A stretch of 64,000 nt of DNA from Trichoplax sp. H2. Its lineage: Eukaryota. Where the stretch lies: the NCBI GenBank assembly GCA_003344405.1, contig NOWV01000031.1, forward strand, positions 372,001-436,000. Direction: 5' to 3'. A program made the translations under genes and the position numbers. Numbering within the stretch: position 1 is the stretch's first letter; every line of letters begins with the position of its first letter. Below the pieces are notes generated by a model. It was given only the letters and a program-made list of their open reading frames with translations. It was not told the origin of the DNA and ran no database searches. Shown here piece by piece: positions 54,072 through 64,000 of the stretch.

Positions 54072-55601
54072 GTTACATGATTTGGTAATTAGCTTCTCAT
54101 AATGAATGGCGCTGATTAAGCAATAGAAACTTAATAAAGGAAATAATTGATAATTAGTCGATAGGGATAAAATTATTCATGCTATCTGCCTAAAACTGTA
54201 ATTCGAAGCACTGATTTGTTTTATCACAGAAATAAATGTTGCATTTCTTTATATCTTAGTGATAGAATAAGATTTTAACATGTTTAACATGTTTATGCAA
54301 AGGCATGCTATCTTAAATTTCAATATTCTCAAATAGATTTCCGTAGAACGGATACAATTTTTCTGAAGTTAATGTTGAGACAATGAACTTTAAAAAAGAA
54401 TGGTTTCGATTTAGTCTATGCGTATTTCCCAAAATAAAGTTCTTGATTTCTATCAGTTAAAAGATAATTTATCACTCACATTGAATACTTTTTCTGAGTT
54501 TGAAATAAATGTCTAGACAATACTATAAATTGTCATCGATCTACTTCATTTAATCTGTTATTCACAGCCAAAGCTTTATTTCTCTATTTCTTTACTTTTA
54601 AGATGTTTTGTAGCCGGTAACTTACACTCGAGCTCTATTAGCTTGATTAAATTAAAAGGCATTTTTCCACCAAATTATATCCAAATAAGTAATAAATAGC
54701 GAAGGTGTAAAGTTGCAATGTTGCATCTATAAATAGCTAATTGCTTCATTCTATTGGCAGTAGTGTTAAAATACGACTAGAATAAACTGTAGCTGCAGTT
54801 AAAAAAGGTATCCAGTTATAAGAACCAAATAAACAATACAATACGTCATTACAATTCTTTTAGTATAATGGGTTTTATAAGGATTAAAATATTCTCGCCC
54901 TTGCTCGTACATCTATTCTTGTTCTATAAGAAAAAATTCACGGATTGTAGCAAAGATAGCATTTATATCTACTTTATTTCATTTATTATTTATAGAAATA
55001 ATGTCACGTCTTGGTACACTACGAATAGTAGTAGTAGTAGTATGATTAGACAACTATTATGGTTTCTAGTACAACCTACGCTCTTCACACTTTTCGTAAG
55101 GTATAAAGTAATCCCAGATATGTCTAGAGCCAGTATATTGTCTGCATATACTTTTACTTGACTTTACACGAATTGTAGAGGAGATAGTATCATAAAATTG
55201 AAATTTCCAGGCTAAACGGGATCAGTGTCTAATTATCGACAAGCCAAGAATTGAATCCATATTTAGAAATGGATAGCCGTAACTCTGTGGCTCTATAAGA
55301 AAAACTTACATACTAAAAACTTGTCTAGAGATGATAGATCAGCTTAACAATCGGTATACATATACGAGTAATTGTTATTAATATATCAGGATCACCAGCC
55401 TGGATATCACTAATAACTGTTCTTTTTTGGCCATCGGATGGTAATTATAGACTATCCAATTCTACTGCATCATGAATACAGGTTATATACAATATCTTGC
55501 AGATGCAAACATTATTGAACTAATAAATATTGTATAAATGCTACTATTTGTTAAGAGGTTTGAAATAACTAGATTAAGTAAAATTAAGTAGTTTATTATT
55601 T

Positions 55602-55992
55602 CACTGTAAAGATTAATCTTAACATTACTGCATAATTCTACAGTAAATCACAGTTATATTAAGCATTATTTTAACACAATAATAATATCTTATTAACTAC
55701 AGTGTACTATAAGAATGTTATTAAGCAGAAAACATTTCTCATAATATTTCTGCATGACTTAAATTATGTTCACTAATTGTATTAGCCTGCAAGATTTATT
55801 ACAATATTCACAGACTACCAAATCTTGTACGACTTAGTAGTGCACAAAACTTTGAAACCGGATAATTTACCGCAAAAAATTTACTGTATTAAATAAGTTT
55901 AATGCTGCATATGATTAAATACTGTAAAATATTAAATCCACCCTCGTAATATCATAAAAGGTACTTTAGTGCATTAGATTAATTTTACAGTG
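55602..55992. mobile_element. Possible degenerate MITE / non-autonomous DNA transposon
   Basis: Terminal inverted repeats CACTGTAAAGATTAATCT ... AGATTAATTTTACAGTG with an AT-rich non-coding interior containing further ACTGTA/TACAGT motifs. No TSD is visible. Confidence 0.4.
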
Positions 55993-56934
55993 CATAGGAA
56001 TGAACACTGCAAAGTATTCAATTCACCCTCATGATATCAAATCTATATTGATATTGTTTCCATCCTATGCTACTAAATTGTACAAAGGTAAATTGTTAGC
56101 GTCAAACTGTCATAGACCGATGAAACTTACACTTATTGAAGCAGTAAATCCTGTAGGCCATCGCAGTTATTCCATAAAACTTGCCCGTATAACAATGCGA
56201 TAAACATTTAATCCATAAATGCTAGAAAGGGTATGGTATACTACTAGAATTAGGTATTCACTTCGTAATTTTGATATATGATAACATGCTCCAATAAAAA
56301 TTTTTTTCCAGATGTAGAAGAGTAAGTATTTTTCGAACACTAAATTAAGTATAACATAATAGTTAGTCCATGAAACATGCACTTATAATAATACGCGTAA
56401 AATAAATTTTTACTCCAATAATGCTTGAAAGTTAATGAAGTATTTACTCTAATGACAAATTTTATAGTGATTCAAGGAGTGCAGTGTGAGAACAGAATTA
56501 GACAATCACTCTATGGCTTCTTTATATGATAACATACACCAAATAAAAATTAAGTACAGAACTTACTAGAATAAGTAAGCGCTAAATCGTGTGTTCATCG
56601 AAGTATATCAGGCAAACCATTTTCTATGTAAACTTCGTTTCATTAGGATTATACTAAAATATATATAGTCAGATATTATCGAACATTTTTATCTCTAGAA
56701 GAGTAAAATACAAATGGATCACACTGTATCTTTTTAATTAGTTGGCTGTTACTGTCAGTATTATTGCATCCTATTTCTGTATTACCTAAATTTAATAGTG
56801 TCTACATAGTTAGTTATTCGGTAATTAATTGTATTAAGTGCACAGTTTCTTAATTTAATTCTCTAAAAGATAGCCAGGTATTGGGATATAGTGGTTAGTC
56901 TTATTTCTCATTCGACTATTAGCTATGATAGTCT

Positions 56935-57330
56935 TGATTAGAAAACTTGGCTCTTTCTACTCCACTTAACTGATTTAGAGTCATTCTCTTAACATATAGA
57001 GTAATACTTCCCATACCTATTGCATGGTAAATTTTGATAAAACTTTATACTTGAATCGGACCTTTGTCCTTAATATTGAATACTAGCACTGATAGATACC
57101 GATATATAGTATGGTAAAGACTTTATTGCAAACTTTCTTATTTAAATATAAGTCAAGAATAGATTTTGCTAATTTTAGTCACATTTCTTTTAACAAAATA
57201 ATTTAGCTTCTCTCTTATTTTAGTGTTGATTTTCAAAAAGTAATCAATTTGATTAGTCAATATTTTCAAATTAAAATAAATCAATAACGATGATTTAAAA
57301 TTATTTGGTTATTATTTCTAAATAAAATAA
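56935..57330 (-). pseudogene. Relic terminal exon and 3' flank of a further TRPA1-like copy
   Basis: 57180-57270 translates LKILTNQIDYFLKINTKIREKLNYFVKR, similar to the last exon of copies A-E (e.g. IKILADQMNYLLKLNAEMREKLNQMVEKD). The acceptor AG is lost, the adjacent intron motif ATTTGGTTATTA is retained, and no upstream exons were found. Confidence 0.75.
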
Positions 57331-58546
57331 ATTTACTTGACTATTTATATATTAAATTAATTATACAATGATAGAAATATCTAACATAAATAAATAAAAT
57401 ATGAAAATAACTAAAATTACCGTTAAATTGACATCAATGATAAACACAAAGGTGGTACAACGATGAAACATTTTGAAGCAAGAATGTTAATTGGATAACG
57501 AGTTCCTTTCATCATAAATTAGTGTAAGGAACATATCATTATAGCACAGTTCTCCAACCGTAGTGCCAAAGGTGCTAAGGATTGAATACAATCCCTTACT
57601 GAAGGCTTTCTTTAGCATTAAAGTAAGCATATAAAAATAGTACTTTTTTTTATAAGTGTATCAATGACAACAAAAATATGGCAATCATTTAGTGGATAAT
57701 AATCCGATGAGAAATACTTCAGCATTTAATCTCGTATTATAAGAAAAAGTAGAATCAACTTATGGTCCATAATAATATAAAAACTTGATCCAAATCTGAC
57801 AATCAGAAAGACTAACAATGCTCCCACACCTATTCAATGATACCAATGATTAATAATCGATAAAATCGAAAGATGAATTAAACAAAGCTCAGAATCACTA
57901 AGTTTTGAAACTGTCATTTAATAGATGCATTTCTTGCATAATATAATCTGAATCTAACTAATTTAAGATATGCTAATATTAAATGGTGAATTAAAATTGC
58001 TTAAGCCATTAAATATTTCTCTATATGTTGAATGCTTTTTTATCTTTTTAAATATCAATTGAAAGAATGTATAATGTGGAATAGTCCGCTACACTATATA
58101 GGGTGTTTATTGATGATATCTTTTATAATGAAGTGGTGTACTTCATTATAAATACGGTTCTATAATATTGATACCATTTCTTAAATTTTTAATGTTAGTA
58201 ATAGGCTATATTTATAATTGTATTCCCATTTTTAATAGTTGATACACTTGCTAAAGCAGCATAATAAATTCTTTTCAAAACCATCAGTACTTCTGAGTTA
58301 TATAAACTATGATAGTATTAGTAATATATAGTGTATCAGTATATAAAATCAAGGAATATTTGTCGAAAAATAGTTTGCAATGCTTAATTAATAAAGTAAT
58401 TGTAAGTGCAAGGCGCTATGATAAAGCGGCCTACTTCATTATTATTTCTCTAATCTTGATGAATGATATGGTGATGAATTGTATTTAGAATGATCTTCTC
58501 ATTTATTTATAATTGATAGACTTGCTTAAGCAACATAATGTCAATT

Positions 58547-59695
58547 TGTTGAGCTTCAGATTTTTTAGGTTGCAATAATTTCAGTGCTAGTACCATATCT
58601 CACAAGTTACATTATAATAGCTTTCACGCTGTTCTACGGTAACTACCATATCTTACAGAAATCGTTATTAGTAATACCATGAATCTATTTCGTGCACTCT
58701 AGTCGAATTAACATAATTTTGATACCAAAATAATTTGGGAAACTATCCAAATACTATTTAAAGTCATTTTCTTATAATAAGCCGTTCACAAGTATTTGCT
58801 ACTGTTACAGTGTTATATACTGTATTACAGTAGAAATATCAATGTTAGAATAATTCTATTAGACTATCCTTATTAGTTAACTTCTAATTTGGATATACTG
58901 TATTTTAATATAGCACTGACTTTTTATGACAGTGACACTTATACACATACTGAAATTAATAGTTATAATAGGGAATGCAAATCATCTGCTTACAGTTCGA
59001 ATCATTGTGACTGTAATTTACTTATGGTAGACTGTAAATTATCATGGAAATGTTCCGTGATAGGACATATCGTAATCTGACTATTCTGTATTAGTCATTA
59101 TATGTCTATGTTCGTAAATACTGTTGTCTGCATTAAGGGAGCAGTAGCTAAAATTAATATCTAATTCAGTAAATGATTCTAATGTTAATTGTATTAACTA
59201 TGACTCATGAACTATTGAGGAATAGTATATAAATGCAGTATATCGTGAAATAAAGAAGAATTGTCCAACTTAGTGTTTAACGTAAAATACGAGGCGTTTA
59301 AGTCTTTGTGTAGTCTGCTAGTAGAGCAAAAGTGTTTGTGATAGTGCAGATATCGTTCCTTGATACGTGGTTCAAGGAATTGACTTATTGATCGTATATT
59401 GCGTTATCTTGTTGCAAAGNNNNNNNNNNNNNNNNNNNNTGTTGAGCTTCAGATTTTTTAGGTTGCAATAATTTCAGTGCTAGTACCATATCTCACAAGT
59501 TACATTATAATAGCTTTCACGCTGTTCTACGGTAACTACCATATCTTACAGAAATCGTTGTTAGTAATACTATGAATCTATTTCGTGCACTCTAGTCGAA
59601 TTAACATAATTTTGATACCAAAATAATTTAGGAAACTATCCAAATACTATTTAAAGTCATTTGATTATAATAAGCCGTTCACAAGTATTTGCTAC
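58547..59695. other. 256-bp direct duplication (58547-58802 / 59440-59695) flanking a 20-N assembly gap (59420-59439)
   Basis: The two copies differ at about five positions. The first continues into an LTR-like sequence and the second continues into unique sequence. Confidence 0.9.
58803..59419 (+). mobile_element. LTR-like element truncated by the assembly gap
   Basis: Begins TGTTAC exactly where the duplicated flank diverges. It shares CATTATATGTC, TGTCTGCATTAA, TATGACTCAT, TTTAACGTA.AA...AGGCGT and the near-terminal CGTTATCTTGT..CAAAG with the other LTRs. TATA-like TATATAAATG at ~59226. Confidence 0.7.
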
Positions 59696-59935
59696 ACTAG
59701 CCTTTTTGAGTAAATCTAGCTCTTGTAGTTCCTCTTTATAGATGTGAAATCGTTCTTTTAACAGAAACAGTAATGCTATCTTTATTATTCTTTTATAACA
59801 AATTTTGATAATACTTTTTTCATTTAATCAGATACTTGTCTTAAGTAATAATAAAATTTTAGTAAATACCGGTAGATAATATAAGACTTTGTTGCAAACT
59901 ATTTTATTTAAATGAGTCATAAATGAATTTTAATA

Positions 59936-62900
59936 TTATTTGAGCACATCTTTTTCAACAATTTGATTTAGTTTCTCTCTCATTTCGGCGTTGATTTTCA
60001 GCAAATAATTCATTTGATTAGCTAACGTTTCTATACTAAAATAATAGAGAAATGACAATCAGTATCGTTCCATTGTTACTCTACAAATAGAATTTTACGA
60101 AAATTGTCTTGAATAGTTAAGTAATGAAGAGAAATTGTACTATTTTTTACTTTATAGGCAGAGTGAATATTGTCCTTAAAATAAAATCTTCAATTGAAGA
60201 TGATATTTATGTCAGTATTACGTTTTTTCTTGGCTGGACTGAGACTCTTGCAACTCATGAAGTGTGCTTTCTGCTTTAAAGGATTTTTCAAATTTGGTCT
60301 CATTTCGGCCGATGCGATTTTGAAGCTAAAGGAAATAGAATTTAAATGCTTTGGTATTTCAGTTAAATTTTAGCTACGATACAAACTATAATCGAGAATA
60401 GACCTTTACAGGGTCTAATAATGCTCTTATATAATGATCAAGATTAAATACGGACGAGAAGTGTTTGATTAAATTGTACTACCGTAAATTGTCAATTGAT
60501 ATTACTCGAATACAGTAATAGTACGGTTTAATAGATGACTAATTGTAATTTGAGTGGTAATTAATATTAAATTACATGTTATACTGTCAAGGATTCTGCA
60601 AAATGGACATGTTACAGAGCAATAATATAGCATGCAGTACTGATGAAAGTAAAGTTTTTAAGCTTTATAGAGAATAACAAAATATTATTATTTCTCCAAT
60701 TAATTTAGCGTAAAAGCGAAGGCACATTTAGTCACTGCGAAACTTATAAAATTGAATAAATTATGGGCTCCTCGAATTTTCATAAGCTCAGAATATGTTT
60801 TGTGGTACTCTTTTTACAAAATTACCTTTTAATGGCATTAATCTAGCAAGTAAAATTCCATAAAACACAAGTTAAAATGGTATCGAACGATCTACTACCG
60901 GTTTTATTGGTAGTATGAATGTAGCTAAAAATAAAGTTAGTACTAACTCGAGCAAGCAATCCCAGCTGTTGTTTTTCTTCCTTGCTGATGTAAAATTTTT
61001 TTTTTAGCACATAAGGTAGTGTCCTTTCGACTTGGTCGAGAAATTCAACTTGAATTCTTAAACGACTGAGAACGGCTTTCCTTTCAATTTTATCAATGTC
61101 ACCTACGGCTAAACCAACCTATGATGGTAAATAAAATATCTACCGTAATTATCAAAACATTTTGCATAATCTATAGTACAGTTTCCGCTCACCATCAGAT
61201 TCATTGCTGCGATAGGCATAACGATAGTAAAGAATACTAGAAAGATTATTGCAAGAGCATCAAAGGGTGCCATTGTTGTTCCTTTATAGATGGGATTGAA
61301 GAAGACATCCAGATAGTCTAATTCTCCAACCATCATATCGAAAACTTTGAGGAAAGAATATGGAGCTGTACTGAAATATTTCTATCACGAAAGTTAAGAG
61401 TCGATTATTAATATTGAATAGATTACCAACATTAGTTTATTCACAGTTTTAATCATTATTTTGCCGCTATAACTGCACTTATTAATGTACCTCATGACCC
61501 AGAATAATATGAAAGCTGAGACCAAACGCAACGATCAAAAACGCTAGCATAACTCCTACCTACCGATAATGCGTAGGTTAAAATTTGCATTATTAAAATA
61601 ATTAAGAGAATGAAAATTATGTAACTACCCTTTTCAATTTGTGCTAGTATGTGATTCGTGCATCATAGATTATTTTTACTAGTTGACAAAATACCATAGC
61701 ATCAGAGCAATATCGATGCATTATCTATTTACCTTAATAATGGTAAGCAAAACTGATCGAAGCATGACAATATAGATGCCAAAGGTAGGCAACCTAGATC
61801 CATTAAGGTATTATATTAGCATTTCAAGCATGATCACTATCGTTATAGAAATATATTTGTAATGGAATTCTGCTGTGCTGCTCTAGGAATACGCATTAAG
61901 TTTAAAAGCTAGTAAGTACATCGATTTATCTACTGATTTAGGTAATTATAATTCCAGATATAACCATGATCATGATTATAACAGATTCTACTTTTTATCA
62001 TATATCGCCAAAAGTTGGCATAAATATTGTCTTACTAAATCGTCAACAAGATCACGATCATGATCAAGAATAGAAAGTGCTATAATACTCCTTGTATTAC
62101 AATATCATGATCGTAAAGGAAATAAATTCTTACCGTAGATCTTAATCAATTTAACATTTATTAGACAGACTTTGCTATTTCTATCATAAAATCTGCAATT
62201 TCAATATCTTACCGTTGAAGAAAAACTACTAAATTGCACCAGGCTAGACAGATATTAACGCTACCTATGGCCCACTGGTTGGTACTAGGCTCATATCCAG
62301 GTGGAATAGAAAATGTAATGGCAGAAATATACATAAATAATTCGATGTAGTTGGTATAGGATAGGAAGTAGGATAATCTCTGTCAAGCAAAATGAGACAT
62401 CAAAATTAATCAAGTATAAAAATCGACTTTTAATGTCTATTCTCAATGGTAGAAAAAATGGCCGCAGAAAAGTAATAAAGAGAGTATTGCCAGCAATTAA
62501 AATATCCATGCGCCACATAATACCATTCAATCAGTGATTTACTCTCTTCGATTAGATTTCTTACCAACATAAAAACGCTTGGTAAAAGTATAAGTAATGA
62601 ATTAAGTTAACACTTACCTGACGCCATATTTGCAGAGCTTCTGTAGCTAAATTAATCCCACTAGCGATAAGGATAATCAGTTGAGCAATGAAGAGATCTG
62701 GCCGTGAATCCTAGAATAATAGTTGAAGATAACTCGATTAGCTCCTGTTAATAATGTAACCCACTTCATATTCAACTAACCAGAGTAAATTAGCTTTACT
62801 GCAGACTAGATATCCTTGTAAGCTAACAATATTGTGTAAAGCAGTAGACTCACAAGTGTATAATAGTAAACTGTATATGTCTCATTTCGAATAGTATAGG

Positions 62901-63557
62901 TATATGAAGTAAAGCCAGGCTCAATATAATCGGAAATTACGATGTTGCCGGCTGGACGCAAGGCGATAGTGTAATAGGTAAAAGCACCCACAAATAAGAG
63001 ATAAACTATCAGATTGGTATAGTATAGTGGAATGCCAAATGTGCGCCTATAAATTTGGATAGAACAAAATATATCATACGGAATAGCTCCAGTACAGGGA
63101 TGAAAACTTGTAATGGCCTTTCTTGAAACGCTTTAACTAATTTTTTACACTTTAGTCGTAAAACTAGCATAAAAATACGATACGCTTTATCCTTTAGTTA
63201 ATTTCAAGTGCAATACACTAGAGCTTTGGCACAGAACTTGGTGAGAACTATCGCTATGACTACAAACCATTTAGCATCAAGTAAAGCCTGGGATAATTCA
63301 TGCAGCAATAATCCTGTTCTTTCATGTTCAATCATAGTCTAATCGTCGACAATTGTGAATAAGTAAGGAATTAAAATTGGAAAAAATATTCCACCATATC
63401 AAGGTATAATCGACTCTGTTAGAAATCTCAAAATCAAAATCAGAATTTAAAGCCCTCTTACCATTAGCGCGTTACATTTACATTTATTTTTTGAGCTCTC
63501 TCTTAAACGCATTTCTACCATGGGTTCTGGATCTAATATTGAGTAATCGTAAACAAT
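59936..63557 (-). CDS. TRPA1: TRPA1-like cation channel, copy E (3' part; 5' exons would lie beyond the window end)
   Basis: Exons run from IVYDYSILDPEPM...CNALM through LLLHELSQALLDAKW, S1-S6, pore MMVGELDYLDVFF and VGLAVGDIDKIERKAV to ...IVEKDVLK with TAA at 59936-59938. The exons I read are open. Confidence 0.85.
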
Positions 63558-64000
63558 CTAAAAAGTGAGAAAGAAATCGCTAAGACACTCAGTTTGATAT
63601 AAATATCATACAGTATATATTGATTCTATAAGCATTCTCGTCACTTTTTGAATATAATCGATTAACGACTAAAATTGGAAGAATGAACTACATTCGGATA
63701 ATTTTGTAGCTAAATACCAATTCTGTAATGATATACATCACTACCAGATTTATTAATCTTTTCGTTATAATCTGTGGTTGCATTTATTATTCGTTTAAAA
63801 ATTTTGCATAGCAAGTACAAATAAGGATTAAAGTATTTATCGATCTTCTGAAACTTCTTGGAGCAATGTCAAAAATAAATCCTATCGATATTGTTTACAA
63901 ATTGTTATATCATAAATCGATTAGGACAAAATCTCAACTTTAAGCCGATTGATTCAGATGAAATCTTGAATCTATGACGGCGATTTTGTTAACTTAAGTT

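Noticed and set aside
54868..56382. Short intergenic ORFs (54868-55161, 56000-56203, 56167-56382)
   Set aside because: Composition is typical of random AT-rich DNA, with no domains or coherent splice structure.
11159..63557. TRPA copies as uncollapsed allelic assembly duplicates
   Set aside because: Introns are heavily diverged and exons differ at many synonymous and non-synonymous sites, far beyond the ~2% seen in the allele-like duplication at the gap.

Overview
AT-rich, intron-dense animal genomic DNA. The short introns, base composition and gene content suggest an early-branching invertebrate such as a placozoan, but this is inference only. From left to right the window holds: (1) a complete spliced AP-5 zeta subunit gene (AP5Z1/SPG48) on the minus strand (1088-8445), whose first intron is filled by a degenerate ~100-bp tandem repeat; (2) a head-to-tail minus-strand array of TRPA1-like ankyrin-repeat cation channel genes. 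The array has three apparently complete ~27-exon genes (A 11159-20839, C 28683-39180, D 42441-53571), a frameshifted transmembrane-only duplicate (B 24027-27332), a relic terminal exon of a further copy (~57 kb) and the 3' half of copy E, which runs off the window end. The paralogues keep the pore and ankyrin scaffold but have a hypervariable glycosylated S1-S2 loop and lack the canonical electrophile-sensing cysteines. The three complete copies share a positionally conserved RFX X-box-like motif ~480 bp upstream of the ATG. Four related solo-LTR-like elements lie antisense to the channel genes. Three of them have 5-bp target-site duplications; the fourth is cut by a 20-N gap and looks like a heterozygous insertion. 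All exon structures and alignments were read by eye and no database searches were run.
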